DNA of 64,000 nt from an uncultured Acidimicrobiia bacterium (GCA_963786955.1 CAWBAT010000002.1:1-64000); one strand, 5' to 3'; positions 9,817-20,740 are shown, numbered from the stretch's first letter. Notes: generated from the letters alone by a model not told the origin. A program made the numbers and translations.

Positions 9817-12081
9817 TCAGGCCAGTTTGGTGCGGGAAAGAGGGAGTTCTCGCACCCGTTTGCCAGTGGCGGCAAAAATGGCGTTACATAATGCCGGCGC
9901 AAAAGGGGGCACCCCCGGCTCTCCCACGCCGGCAGGAGGCGCGTCGCTCTCAACGATATAGACATTGGTCTCGCGCGGCGCGTCACTGATACGGCATAGC
10001 GGATAGTCATTGAAGTTGGATTGGTTGATGACGCCATTCGTCGCCGTAATCTCTCCATAAAGTGCGAGGCTTGCGCCGAATACCGCGGCGCCTTCAAACT
10101 GAGACCGGACCATATCTGGGTTCACTACAGTCCCCGCATCCACTGCGGTGTGAACTTGCGGAATGTGAATCATGCCGTGGTCGTCCACTTCCACCTGGAC
10201 AATACTAGCGACGTAAGTCAGAAAACTGCGGTGAATGGCAATTCCCATGCCTTGGCCCTTGCCGAGCTTCTGTTTACCCCAGCGGGCTTTTTCGGCAGCC
10301 AGCTCCACGACCCGCCGGAATCTGGCGATGTCAATGGGGTATTCGGCATAAGAGGCGCCATAATTCGGATAATCCGCTGGCAGGCTATTCCGGTCGACAA
10401 TGCGGTCTGGTCCGAGCAGCGCGAGGAGGTATTCCACGGAGTCACGGCCCGCATGATGGGCAAGTTCATCGGCAAAGGATTGAACGGCGAAGGTGTGATA
10501 GATATTCGCGACCGAGCGCAGCCACCCAATGCGCACATGCGCGGCAGCAGGGCCATTTTCGACGCGCAGATTGGGTACCGCGAAGGGGAGATCGGACCAG
10601 CCGAGCCCCATCTCACCGGCATCGCTGTAGGTTTGATTCTCACTAAAAGTCGACCCAATGGGGGGAAAGACAGATCGCTGCAGCCAGGCGGTCGGCATCC
10701 CTTTTTCGTTCACGACAGCTTTCAGGTACATTGCCGCAACCGAGTGGAAGTAATCAGAGTGAATGTCATCCTCACGTGACCACACAACCTTCACCGGACG
10801 TCCCGTTTTTTTGGAAATTAAGGCTGCTTCCACTGCGAAGTCCGGCTTGGACTTGCGTCCAAAGCCGCCTCCCAGCAGCGTTACGTGGCAAATCACATCC
10901 TCTTTGCGGATGCCCAACAACTTGGCCACAGTTTCTTGCACGCCTTGTGGATTCTGGGTCGGAGCCCAAATTTCCACTTTGCTCTCTTGATAATTTGCTG
11001 TGGCGACAGGTGGCTCCATGGAGGAATGTGCCAGATGAGGGGCATAGTATCCCGCTTCAACGATCGTTCCGCCTTTGGAAAACTCTTTTTCAACGTCGCC
11101 ATCGTTTCGGATCATCTTTCCAGGTTTGCGAGCGGTTGCTTCCAATTCCTTCCGATACGCATCGGAATTGTAGCTGGCATTTGGACCATTTTCCCACTGG
11201 ACGTTCAGGTTCTTCCGGCCCTGGAATGCTGCCCAGGTGTTGTCGGCGATGACTGCCACGCCCCCGAGAGGTTGGAAGCCATAGGGAGGATTGGCAGGGT
11301 CAATTATCATAGTCTGCCGGACACCGCTCACGTCGAGTACCGCTTTTTCATCAAAGGACTTCACTCGGCCGCCAACGACCTTGGGATGTTCGATCGAGGC
11401 GTAGACCATGCCCTCCAAGCGAACGTCCATCCCGAACTCGGCTTTTCCCGTGCAGATGTCGCGCAGATCATAGCTACTCACGGGCTTACCGATATACCGC
11501 CATTCACTTCTCGGCTTGAACTTCACTGCCTCCTTCTTTGGAACTGGCAGCTTTGCCGCCGCTCGAGTCAGCTTCCCGTAGCCAAGTTTGCGGCCACTCG
11601 GCTGATGCACCACAGTGTGAAAACTGGCCTCGCATTCCGACACGGGCACTCCCCATTGCTGTGCGGCGGCCGTCACCAACATCGTTCGGGCCGTCGCGCC
11701 CGCCTCACGCATTGTGTCAAAGAAACTGCGCACCGAATGTGAGCCGTCGGTATCCTGACTTCCGTACTTAGAGTCGCCAATAGCCTGCACGATCCGAACA
11801 CGCTCCCAATCCGCCTCCAGTTCATCGGCAAGAATACGTGGTACTGCCGTGCGGCTGCCGCAGCCCATTTCCGAGCGGGTGGCGACGAGCACGGTAGTGC
11901 CGTCTGGTTCAATCCCCAGGAAGACATTGGGGTGAAATGACGTACCCTTTAGAGGGTTATTACCAGCAGGAGAGTCTGCCGAGAGACATGCGGGGGCGAT
12001 CTGGGCACCAAGGATGAAGGCACCGGCGGAGAGTGTTCCCTTGAGGAATCCACGTCGGCTAATGTTCTGGATGGTGTTCAT
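9817..12081 (-). CDS. iorB: Xanthine dehydrogenase-family molybdopterin subunit (isoquinoline 1-oxidoreductase beta-like)
   Basis: Tat-like [24 protein letters not shown] and [13 protein letters not shown] overlap with the upstream 2Fe-2S gene. Confidence 0.88.
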   Translation of the reverse strand: MNTIQNISRRGFLKGTLSAGAFILGAQIAPACLSADSPAGNNPLKGTSFHPNVFLGIEPDGTTVLVATRSEMGCGSRTAVPRILADELEADWERVRIVQAIGDSKYGSQDTDGSHSVRSFFDTMREAGATARTMLVTAAAQQWGVPVSECEASFHTVVHQPSGRKLGYGKLTRAAAKLPVPKKEAVKFKPRSEWRYIGKPVSSYDLRDICTGKAEFGMDVRLEGMVYASIEHPKVVGGRVKSFDEKAVLDVSGVRQTMIIDPANPPYGFQPLGGVAVIADNTWAAFQGRKNLNVQWENGPNASYNSDAYRKELEATARKPGKMIRNDGDVEKEFSKGGTIVEAGYYAPHLAHSSMEPPVATANYQESKVEIWAPTQNPQGVQETVAKLLGIRKEDVICHVTLLGGGFGRKSKPDFAVEAALISKKTGRPVKVVWSREDDIHSDYFHSVAAMYLKAVVNEKGMPTAWLQRSVFPPIGSTFSENQTYSDAGEMGLGWSDLPFAVPNLRVENGPAAAHVRIGWLRSVANIYHTFAVQSFADELAHHAGRDSVEYLLALLGPDRIVDRNSLPADYPNYGASYAEYPIDIARFRRVVELAAEKARWGKQKLGKGQGMGIAIHRSFLTYVASIVQVEVDDHGMIHIPQVHTAVDAGTVVNPDMVRSQFEGAAVFGASLALYGEITATNGVINQSNFNDYPLCRISDAPRETNVYIVESDAPPAGVGEPGVPPFAPALCNAIFAATGKRVRELPLSRTKLA

Positions 12082-12602
12082 GCTGTGCCTCCGGCGGCAG
12101 CCTTGATGGCTGCTCGAATTCTCTGATAGGTTCCACATCGGCAAAGGTTGTTCGCCATCATGTCATCGATATCCTGGTCCGTCGGGTGTGGCTTTACCTT
12201 CAGGAGTGCAGCGGCTTGCATGATTTGCCCTGTTTGACAATAACCGCATTGTGGAACATTCTGTGCCATCCACGCTGTCTGGATCGGGTGCAGCACGTTC
12301 GTAGAGAGTCCTTCAATGGTTAAGATCTCTGATCCAGCTACCGATTTCATCGGAATCGTACAGGACCGAACAGGTTCGCCATTTTGGTGAACCGTGCAGG
12401 CACCACAAAGTGCGATACCGCAACCGAATTTTGTCCCGGTCAGACCCAGAACATCCCGCAGGTACCAGAGCAGCGGCATTTCCTGATCACCTGTAAATGA
12501 GCACGTTTTACCGTTTACCTTGAAATCGAGTGATTGATTATCTTTTTTTTCATGGCTTTTAATGTGATGTCTTGAGGATAATTGAAAACTTAACGGGGTC
12601 AC
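12078..12602 (-). CDS. iorA: (2Fe-2S)-binding subunit (IorA-like)
   Basis: [28 protein letters not shown] and NLCRCGTY. Start position uncertain. Confidence 0.9.
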   Translation of the reverse strand: MTPLSFQLSSRHHIKSHEKKDNQSLDFKVNGKTCSFTGDQEMPLLWYLRDVLGLTGTKFGCGIALCGACTVHQNGEPVRSCTIPMKSVAGSEILTIEGLSTNVLHPIQTAWMAQNVPQCGYCQTGQIMQAAALLKVKPHPTDQDIDDMMANNLCRCGTYQRIRAAIKAAAGGTA

Positions 12603-12737
12603 GGCAGACTCCTAACAGCGGGCTGAGTTACGGACATCTTTCCGAGACCGATTTCAGGCGTTTTTCAAGATGACAAAAAAACCAGCACCTGCTGCGCTCG
12701 GATCCGGTTAATTTTAGGTAAATGCACTCCCGCTATT

Positions 12738-13688
12738 CTATTCGAGCGGGATCCGGCTTTTATTCTTCGCGAGCCATTGGTCAAAGGTTTGCAGCGCTGG
12801 ATTGAGCGATCGGGATACGTCGAGATTTCGTGCGCCACAGAAGTATTCTTCAAAATCACGCTTAAACTGAAACATGTTGCCCAAGTCTTCCGCGCCGGGG
12901 AAACCAAAGCTGCGGTAGATGTCGGGAGACACGTCGTTGTATCTTACCTCCTGCCCCAGTGCCTTCGTGAATGAAGTGGCCATTTGTTTACCTGTCGGAT
13001 GTTCGCCGGCTATGCCCACGGTCTTGCCAATATATTGCGCACCTTTCTTGAAGATACCATAAGCACATTTGCCAATGTCTTCGGCCGCTATACTGGGGAG
13101 TTTCTTGTCACCCATAGGCAGTGTAATGGCCAGCTTGCCGTCGGGACCCTTCTTGGGACCCATGCCAAAGTAGATAAAATTATCCCAATAAAAAGAAGTC
13201 AGCAAGAATGTGACGGGCAGGCTGGCATCCGTAAACAAATGATCAGACTCCCCCTTCGAATCCAAATGAGGGACCTTGTACCTGCCCATGAGAGTGGGCA
13301 TGCGGTTGTCGCTGAGAGGAATCCACTGGCGTGTATCTTCAAGGGTGGACCAAATCACATGTTCGATGCCCGCATGCTTTGATGCGCTGGCCAGTGCTTG
13401 GGCCTGCGCGAGTTCCTTGTCCGGCGAAAAGTGCGCCCAGTAAAAAGTGACGCAATAAGCCCCATAAGCCCCTTTGAAAGCGCTCCTCAGACTCCCCTCA
13501 TCGTCCACGTCGGCGGCCACGACTTCGGCTCCCAAACGGGCTAGTTCTTTGGCCTTATCCGAATTGACATCTCTCGTAATCGCGCGTACAGCAAAAGCAG
13601 TACTGGAATCATTCAAGATGGTGCGGACTAAGCCGCCCCCTTGGGCTCCGGTGGAACCTGCGACCGCGATGATCTTCTTTGTGGGCAT
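12738..13688 (-). CDS. NmrA/HSCARG family NAD(P)-binding protein
   Basis: IAVAGSTGAQGGGLV and VPHLDSKGE. GGAGG RBS before ATG 13688. Confidence 0.9.
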   Translation of the reverse strand: MPTKKIIAVAGSTGAQGGGLVRTILNDSSTAFAVRAITRDVNSDKAKELARLGAEVVAADVDDEGSLRSAFKGAYGAYCVTFYWAHFSPDKELAQAQALASASKHAGIEHVIWSTLEDTRQWIPLSDNRMPTLMGRYKVPHLDSKGESDHLFTDASLPVTFLLTSFYWDNFIYFGMGPKKGPDGKLAITLPMGDKKLPSIAAEDIGKCAYGIFKKGAQYIGKTVGIAGEHPTGKQMATSFTKALGQEVRYNDVSPDIYRSFGFPGAEDLGNMFQFKRDFEEYFCGARNLDVSRSLNPALQTFDQWLAKNKSRIPLE

Positions 13689-13808
13689 ACAATACCTCCG
13701 TTTGATACTAGCAAAAAAAAGCATCCAGTTTACTTTCATTCATGCCCTCTACTCAAACTCAGATGGAGCCTGGGAGTTTCCGAATTTCTTTGAGAATAAC
13801 TCCCAATG

Positions 13809-14210
13809 TTATTTGTTCAGCCACGCAACAACGATCCCCATTAAAATTACCCCAATCGTGTCGAAAACAATCTGTTTCAAGACGAGCAGTCCTGGCATCG
13901 GTTGCACTGCATAGTAAATTAAATAGTTTGGTATCGTGGTAAGGACCGCGATTGCCGTTCCATAACAAATGCCTTGCGTCAAAAACGGTTTGTCTTCCTT
14001 ACCCTTGATATATATCCAGGCAAATCCGTACGCGATAAAAACATGTGCGAGCAGCATGAAAGGGAAGTGATTCGCCTGATCCTCCTGAGAGCGGAACATA
14101 CTGGTCAATTGCGAATACTCCTGGACAAGAAGAAACCCATGCACCAAGAAACCAATTGCCATTGACATAAAGAACATGACGACCACGGAGAGTAATAATT
14201 TCTTATTCAT
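13809..14210 (-). CDS. Small four-TM membrane protein
   Basis: Four hydrophobic helices and YLIYYAVQPMP. AAGGA RBS. Confidence 0.75.
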   Translation of the reverse strand: MNKKLLLSVVVMFFMSMAIGFLVHGFLLVQEYSQLTSMFRSQEDQANHFPFMLLAHVFIAYGFAWIYIKGKEDKPFLTQGICYGTAIAVLTTIPNYLIYYAVQPMPGLLVLKQIVFDTIGVILMGIVVAWLNK

Positions 14211-14433
14211 AGACTTTTCCTTAGTTTTAGGATTAGAAGCCCAGAGATCCAACACCTGATGTCATTTCCAAGTGGCCAATTGAGATCGGTCCGAACAGTG
14301 ACACAAACATTTCATTTTATTTGCAAAACCAGCAAATAAGGTGAGTTAGGAGGAATTATTGACTAGAGGACAGGGTTTCGGCAACAAAAGAATTTAGATA
14401 GCAGCGGAGCAGGTTTGGGACTGATGGGCGAAA

Positions 14434-15621
14434 CTAGAACAGGGAGGCAGATTTTTTTTCAGCGGGAAAGCGAATTAGGTTGAGGTCGATCGGCTCCTCA
14501 AATTCTACACCTGCGAACATCATGCGGCCGGAATTTCCTTGCATGATCCACCGCACGACAGAATTGGTCGTAAATTCCTCAAAAACCAAATCCACCGGCC
14601 TTCCGATGGCCACTGAGTACTCCGATAGGAGAAGACAGGCTCCTTTTGCGCTAATATTCAATGTGTAACAGCTTTTCTCGAATGATTCCCCCAAGAGATC
14701 GGTTCCCTGAATAGTCACAGGCAAGAGATCCAGAATCCGGGGGGACTTGCGGAAAAGGTGGCTTTCTTCATGTATCGGTTCGGAGGCATCATCCAAAATT
14801 GTAGACTGGAAGGAGGTCTCCACTCGATTCATGACCTCCCGAATTCGAGCGGTTTGTTCAACGATCTCCATCAGATCTCTCCAGTGCTGAGAATCGGGTC
14901 GGGTATGACTCTTATAGAAACGCGTGTAGGCCAGAATGTTCTCCAGAGGCACCCGCATCTCTTCGACGAGATCAATGGGCTGAAGCTCATGAGGTTGTTT
15001 CATCTTCTTGAAGATATCTTTGTCTGACATGAATTCATCATGGGCCTTTTCTACGCCCACTTCAAACAAAGATTCCTGAAACGCATCACGATTCCGATTG
15101 TAAATACGGTGAAGCGAAAACCCGAAAATAGCCGCAAAAAGAAAATTTGCGAACTGAAATACGAAGGTGAGCACCAGGGACATATTCTTACTAAAGAAAA
15201 GCTGGAAGGTGCCGCTAATGACGGACAAGACGACGGCGGAAGCACAAAAAAATTCAACCGGAACGCTTTGAATGATCCCGGTTGCCCCCATAGATTCGGA
15301 ATCCGCATAATGGCTTGTTATTTCACAGTTTTCTCCGATTCGAATCTCCAGTTTAAGTAGAATGTCAATGACATTATATACGTCGCCCGCTTTTTCTCTG
15401 GGGAGTATCGGCGAAAAAAGGTTGATGTCGCCATGAGTAAATAGCGCCATACCCCAACCGTTTTCAAACAGATACGTCTGCGCACTCTCATTGACGTCGA
15501 CGATTTTCCAGTCTGCAGCCGAAACAAAGCGCTGGACGAGATAGTGGAAATCGGTGAACCCAAAACGAGCGATCTTGAACTTCACTTTAAAAGGTTTTTC
15601 CGGAAGCCGCCTTTTACTCAT
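14434..15621 (-). CDS. Membrane protein with degenerate HisKA-like hairpin and C-terminal PilZ domain
   Basis: Two TM helices, an H-box-like segment VEEMRVPLENILAY, and PilZ motifs RKSPR and NISAKG. Confidence 0.7.
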   Translation of the reverse strand: MSKRRLPEKPFKVKFKIARFGFTDFHYLVQRFVSAADWKIVDVNESAQTYLFENGWGMALFTHGDINLFSPILPREKAGDVYNVIDILLKLEIRIGENCEITSHYADSESMGATGIIQSVPVEFFCASAVVLSVISGTFQLFFSKNMSLVLTFVFQFANFLFAAIFGFSLHRIYNRNRDAFQESLFEVGVEKAHDEFMSDKDIFKKMKQPHELQPIDLVEEMRVPLENILAYTRFYKSHTRPDSQHWRDLMEIVEQTARIREVMNRVETSFQSTILDDASEPIHEESHLFRKSPRILDLLPVTIQGTDLLGESFEKSCYTLNISAKGACLLLSEYSVAIGRPVDLVFEEFTTNSVVRWIMQGNSGRMMFAGVEFEEPIDLNLIRFPAEKKSASLF

Positions 15622-15963
15622 ATTGCTAAACCTCAAGCAGACCTTGTCGATTCATCAGAAATCCCTGACTACTCGATCGTATCGGCCTTTACCTACCATA
15701 TCATGAGATTAATTATGGATAGGGTGGTTCTTGCAGAAAAGAGGACCTTATCTAAAACGGAGTCTTCACTCTTACCCAACCGGGTCTGAAGGAGCGAAGA
15801 AATTGGAAAACGCCGCGTGAGGTTCAGCTTTCAGAAAGCCTGAAGTCGCAATCATTTCAACGGGATTGTCATCTTCTTGTAGGCGGGGTTCCCCCTGGCG
15901 GAAGTCTGTCACGCCATCCATCACACACAAAATGGTGTCATGGATGAAACTCCGTGGGACTCA

Positions 15964-16722
15964 CTATAGCGACATCCCGCCATCGACGGTTAATTCAATC
16001 CCCGTGATAAAGCTGGATTCATCGGAACAAAGAAACAGTACAGCGTTAGCGATTTCATCCGGCCGTCCAAAACGCTTCATGGGCTGACGCGAAATAAAAT
16101 CGCGGCGAGCCGCAACCGGGTCCGGCAATGATTCTAACCGTTTCTGCAACGAAGGACTGTCCACCGTGCCCGGGCAGACGGAGTTGACGCGGATATTATC
16201 TTCGACATAATCAATCGCCATGCTCTTGGTCAACGCGATGACGCCACCCTTCGAAGCGCTGTAGGCAGCCCGGTTCTTTACCCCCATGAATCCTGCAACG
16301 GAAGCCATATTGACAATGGAGCCACTGCCAGACTTTTTCAAATGGGGCAGAGCATGGCGGGAGACCAGATAGATACTTTTCAGATTGACGTCGATACTCT
16401 TGTCCCAATCTTCTTCCGGAGTCTGGCTCAAAACTCCTCCCAAGACGATGCCAGCGATGTTACACAGGAAGTTGAGCTTCCCCCAGCGATGTACGGTCGC
16501 CTCAACCATAACCTGACAATCCCGGTTTGAAGAGACATCAACCGTTGCGGAGAATGCCTCTCCCCCGGCGCCTCGAATCTCCTGGGCCGTGGCTTCTGCC
16601 GCTTCCGCATTGGAATCAGCGACACAGATCGACGCGCCCTCTCTAGCCAATAGAAGAGCGGTGGCTTTGCCGATACCCGCTCCTGCCCCCGTCACGATTC
16701 CAACCTTGTCTTTGACTCTCAT
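15964..16722 (-). CDS. Short-chain dehydrogenase/reductase
   Basis: TGAGAGIG, YSASK and IRVNSVCPG. Confidence 0.95.
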   Translation of the reverse strand: MRVKDKVGIVTGAGAGIGKATALLLAREGASICVADSNAEAAEATAQEIRGAGGEAFSATVDVSSNRDCQVMVEATVHRWGKLNFLCNIAGIVLGGVLSQTPEEDWDKSIDVNLKSIYLVSRHALPHLKKSGSGSIVNMASVAGFMGVKNRAAYSASKGGVIALTKSMAIDYVEDNIRVNSVCPGTVDSPSLQKRLESLPDPVAARRDFISRQPMKRFGRPDEIANAVLFLCSDESSFITGIELTVDGGMSL

Positions 16723-17011
16723 GAGGCTCTCCGTTTCAAAGATGATTCTCCCGAGAAGGGAACAGAATTACTGAAATTCGATTCGAAAGTCAACCACCGA
16801 GAAACACATAGAGCTTGCGAAAAACTCCAAAAAATAATAATTCATAATTGATTAGGAACAACGTGAAACCTAAACCAGAGCTCATGCGTCCCGAAAACTT
16901 TGATCTGTTTAGGCACGGGAGGGTTCGCGATAACCGAAGCCAATTTGGGTTTGTGATGCTGGGGAGTACAACCGGCAACTTCGACAAAACTCTCCACTCT
17001 GGGACTTGTCC

Positions 17012-17686
17012 ATGATCAAGAGAATAGTTCCTGGCGGCGATTGCATGCTCCTTGTTGAATTTGAGGACGAGATTTCCCCGGCAGCGAGTGCCCAAGTGCT
17101 GGCGCTCGACCGGCAAATCAGGATGCAGGATCTATCCGGAATCATCGAGTGCGTGCCATCCTATCGCTCTTTGGCAGTTTTTTATAATCCACTTAAACTT
17201 TCCCCTTCACAATTAGAAAGCTGGATCATGCATCAGGCCAGCACTCTGCAAGAATTGCCTGAGCGAGTGCCGCGAAAGGTCGAAATTCCAGTCGTGTACG
17301 GAGGAGAAATGGGGCCTGACCTGGAGACGGTGGCCCAAGAGCACAATCTAACAGTTCCCGAAGCTGTTTCCATCCATACCGATCCCGTATACCGGGTGTA
17401 CTTAATCGGTTTTAGTCCCGGATTTCCATACCTGGGCGGGTTGTCACGGCGCCTTTTTACGGCACGGCGGAAAACGCCCAGACGCCTCGTCCCCGCAGGG
17501 TCCGTTGCTATCGGCGGTGAACAGACAGGAATATATACAAGCGATACTCCCGGTGGTTGGCAGATCATCGGCCGTACGCCTTTAAGACTTTTTAACGTAA
17601 ATGCTTCCCCGCCTTGTTTATTAGAACCCGGCGACCTGGTTACTTTTCGGTCCATTACCTTATCGGAATTTGATGATACCCGCTGA
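17012..17686 (+). CDS. pxpB: 5-oxoprolinase subunit B (KipI/AHS1 family)
   Basis: VPSYRSL, EIPVVYGGEMGPDL, IGFSPGFPYLGGL and PGGWQIIGRTP. Confidence 0.9.
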   Translation: MIKRIVPGGDCMLLVEFEDEISPAASAQVLALDRQIRMQDLSGIIECVPSYRSLAVFYNPLKLSPSQLESWIMHQASTLQELPERVPRKVEIPVVYGGEMGPDLETVAQEHNLTVPEAVSIHTDPVYRVYLIGFSPGFPYLGGLSRRLFTARRKTPRRLVPAGSVAIGGEQTGIYTSDTPGGWQIIGRTPLRLFNVNASPPCLLEPGDLVTFRSITLSEFDDTR

Positions 17687-18668
17687 AACCCCCAATCAGA
17701 AGAACTTGTTAACGAAAGGAGGAATCCCGGTTGCGGGTATCTTGAAGCCTGGATTTCATACAATGATTCAGGACTTGGGCCGGCTTGGTCAGCTTCGACA
17801 CGGGGTTCCAACCACTGGCGCGATGGATCGTTTTGCCTTTCGGATTGCAAATCAATTAGTGGGCAATCCAGAGTCAACTCCGTGCCTGGAAATCACTCTC
17901 GCCGGGTTAAAAATTGAAATCCTCGAAAATTGCATGATGGCGATTACAGGCGCAGATCTTTCCCCCCAGCTCGATGGAACGCCGACTCAAGGCTGGAAAA
18001 GTTTCGCAGCCCCACGTCATGCAATTTTGTCTTTCCCGAAAAGGATTGTCGGTTGCCGATCCTATCTGAGTGTTGGCGGAGGATTCCAAGGAAATTTGCT
18101 CTTCGGGAGTCGTTCAACCGATCTGCGAAACCACTGGGGAGGTATGGATGGGAGAGCCCTTATACAGGGCGACATACTACGAATTCAACACCTACCTGAC
18201 GCTGCAAGTATGTTGAGTTGTCGAATGGTCCAACCGGACATTTTTCGCGCGTATGAGGATCCTTTTAGGGTCCGTGTTATCTTAGGTCCTCAGCGTGAAT
18301 TCTTTTCGCGCGCTACAGTCAGTCAGTTCCTTGAAGGTGGTTATCGAGTCACTTTAGACTCCGATCGGATGGGGTATCGATTGCAAGGGCCGTCTTTGCA
18401 AGCAAAGCGCGCCGGGATGATCTCAGACCCGCTTCCTGTTGGCGCATTGCAAGTGTTGCCGAGCGGCCAGCTGATCCTTTTAATGGTCGATCGCCCTTCT
18501 GTCGGAGGCTATCCGAAGATAGCAGTGGTCTGCTCAGCAGAGCTCCCGAAAGTTGCTCAACTCAATATCGGGGATTCGGTGCGCTTCCAGGAAATCACAC
18601 TTAAAGAATCAATCAATTTACTCTCGCTACAAGAAAAAAGACTTCGAGAAGGCATTGTCGATGCATAG
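17670..18668 (+). CDS. pxpC: 5-oxoprolinase subunit C (KipA/AHS2 family)
   Basis: IQDLGRLG..GVP..GAMD, GSRSTD, SDRMGYRL and GGYPKIA. Confidence 0.9.
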   Translation: MMIPAETPNQKNLLTKGGIPVAGILKPGFHTMIQDLGRLGQLRHGVPTTGAMDRFAFRIANQLVGNPESTPCLEITLAGLKIEILENCMMAITGADLSPQLDGTPTQGWKSFAAPRHAILSFPKRIVGCRSYLSVGGGFQGNLLFGSRSTDLRNHWGGMDGRALIQGDILRIQHLPDAASMLSCRMVQPDIFRAYEDPFRVRVILGPQREFFSRATVSQFLEGGYRVTLDSDRMGYRLQGPSLQAKRAGMISDPLPVGALQVLPSGQLILLMVDRPSVGGYPKIAVVCSAELPKVAQLNIGDSVRFQEITLKESINLLSLQEKRLREGIVDA

Positions 18669-18747
18669 GGATTCAAAGTAATATGTATTCGATCGATGAA
18701 TAGATACGAAACTGCGGTGAAGGTGACCCATAAACTGAGGACATTTC

Positions 18748-19653
18748 ATGAAACTGGTTCAATTTTATGACCCCAAGAAGGGTTATCGCGCTGGGATTCT
18801 GGAAGGTGAATGCATTTTTCCAGTTTGCTATGAACAGAAACAGATCTATACCATTCTTGATCTCGTGGAATATGCCACGAGTCTAAACCTGGACCTCGAT
18901 GAAGTGGCTGAGGAGGCGAGAGCTTCCGAGCCTCTCGCCGTTTCATGGAGTGAGTTGAACATCCCTCCGGACATGAGTAAACTCCATCTGGCCTTACCCA
19001 TTCACGCTCCTGAAGTTTGGGCCTGCGGAGTAACTTATAAGCGGAGTGCTGAATTTCGAGACGGAGATACCCAGCTTTCCAAAGGAATCTACGATTCTGT
19101 ATATTTAGCCTCTCGTCCTGAACTGTTCTTTAAGGGCCGAGCGGGTCACTGTACCGGTCCCAATGACATGATTGGATTGCGCGGCGACTCTCAATTTACG
19201 GCCGTTGAACCGGAGCTAGCGGTCTTGATCAATTCCCGCAAAACAATTCTGGGATTTCTTGTCGCGAATGATGTTTCGGCGTGGGACATTGAACGTGAAA
19301 ATCCTCTGTATTTGCCACAATCGAAGATATTTCGTGCTTGCTGTGCGCTGGGACCGGTGATTGTCACGCGGAATGCAATTATCGACCCTTATGCCTTAGG
19401 GATCTCGTGTGTCATCCATCGTTCGGGGAAAACCATATTTTCTGGAGAAACCACGCTCGGCATGATGAAACGGACAATCGAGGAGTTGATTGATTTCCTT
19501 TTTCGATCAAATACTGTACCTTCAGGGACGGTTCTCTTGACGGGGACTGGAATTATTCAAACTCAGGATGCGGCTCTTCAGGAAGGGGATGTTGTCGAAA
19601 TCACGATTCCTGAGATCGGAACTTTGAGAAACACCGCCAGACGGGTTAATTAG
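18748..19653 (+). CDS. Fumarylacetoacetate hydrolase family protein (XylX/KdaD-like dehydratase type)
   Basis: EVWACGVTYKRS, RPELFFK, EPELA, NDVSAWDIERENPLYLPQSK and LLTGTGI. Confidence 0.88.
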   Translation: MKLVQFYDPKKGYRAGILEGECIFPVCYEQKQIYTILDLVEYATSLNLDLDEVAEEARASEPLAVSWSELNIPPDMSKLHLALPIHAPEVWACGVTYKRSAEFRDGDTQLSKGIYDSVYLASRPELFFKGRAGHCTGPNDMIGLRGDSQFTAVEPELAVLINSRKTILGFLVANDVSAWDIERENPLYLPQSKIFRACCALGPVIVTRNAIIDPYALGISCVIHRSGKTIFSGETTLGMMKRTIEELIDFLFRSNTVPSGTVLLTGTGIIQTQDAALQEGDVVEITIPEIGTLRNTARRVN

Positions 19654-19674
19654 CGTATAAAGGATAATAATGTC

Positions 19675-20718
19675 ATGAAGTGGGCAATCACCTTAGGGTT
19701 TCTACTAGTAATCACCCCAGCCAGTATCTCTGCCCAGGAACCCTCCAAAGGAACTGAAGGCAGCAAATCAGGCGACAAACCCGCCACCTTAAAAATATAT
19801 AACGTTCCTGCTCCGCAAGAAGCTGGTGGACAGTCTCAGGAAGAAGTTGCGGACTACTTGAAGGTTGCAAAAGCCACTGATCCGAAAGAACAAGTGGAGT
19901 TGATTGAAGTTTTCTTGAAGAAATATCCACAAAGTCAATACAACCTGCTGTTGCACCAGCAGGCTGCGGAAGATTATCAACGGGCCAACAACCCTGAAAA
20001 GTTCATTGAGCATGGCGAGGCGGCGTTGACATCCTCTCCAAGTAACGCTCCCCTTCTGGCAATGCTGGCTTTAACCTACTCAACTCGAGGAGAGACTGAA
20101 AAGGCAATTGAGCGTGGCACGAAAGCTGTTTCAATACTGGAAACCTTGGAGCCGTCTCCCCAAGCGGATCCAACCGTATTTGCAGCCCAACGTACGCGCT
20201 TCTTGGCTATTGCGTACACCGGTCTAGGGACTGCGTTTTTGACTCGCTATGAAGCCGCCAAAAAGGCACAACCTAGTAACCTTGCTCCTCCAGAGCCCAG
20301 CCAAACATCCGGGCAAAGCCCGGTCGCGGGAGAAAATGGGAGTGCTGCTTTACCTGCGAAACCTTCCGAAGAATCCAAAGCTGCCGCTGTGGGAAAGCCG
20401 CCGGCGGCCACGCCAGATCCCACGAATCTGGATTTGTCGAAAGCCAAAGGGTACTACTCTCGAGCACTTGAATTGAATTACGACTACGAGTTTGCAGAAT
20501 ACCAACTCGCTGTGGTCTATGCTTATGAGAGGCAAGTTGCTCCCGCGCTGGAGGCCTTTTCAAAAGTGATGGCTATGGGAGGGCCTATGTCTGCGTTAGC
20601 GAAAGAAAATTTTGAGCGAATCTATAAAGTGAGTCATAAGAATTCACTGGACGGGAGTGAGGAGTTGTTAGAGAAGGCGAGGTCTGCGTGGGCAGAGAAG
20701 AAACAGACGACGAAGTAA
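19675..20718 (+). CDS. Secreted TPR-repeat protein
   Basis: Signal peptide, TPR-like helices (FLKKYPQS, YYSRALELN) and a Pro/Ala-rich linker. Confidence 0.75.
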   Translation: MKWAITLGFLLVITPASISAQEPSKGTEGSKSGDKPATLKIYNVPAPQEAGGQSQEEVADYLKVAKATDPKEQVELIEVFLKKYPQSQYNLLLHQQAAEDYQRANNPEKFIEHGEAALTSSPSNAPLLAMLALTYSTRGETEKAIERGTKAVSILETLEPSPQADPTVFAAQRTRFLAIAYTGLGTAFLTRYEAAKKAQPSNLAPPEPSQTSGQSPVAGENGSAALPAKPSEESKAAAVGKPPAATPDPTNLDLSKAKGYYSRALELNYDYEFAEYQLAVVYAYERQVAPALEAFSKVMAMGGPMSALAKENFERIYKVSHKNSLDGSEELLEKARSAWAEKKQTTK

Positions 20719-20740
20719 TATCGGTTTGAAGGGAATGTTA

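Noticed and set aside
10021-11742. Long plus-strand ORFs (252 and 285 aa) opposite iorB, and similar antisense ORFs elsewhere
   Set aside because: Shadow frames of well-supported genes, with no recognisable motifs.
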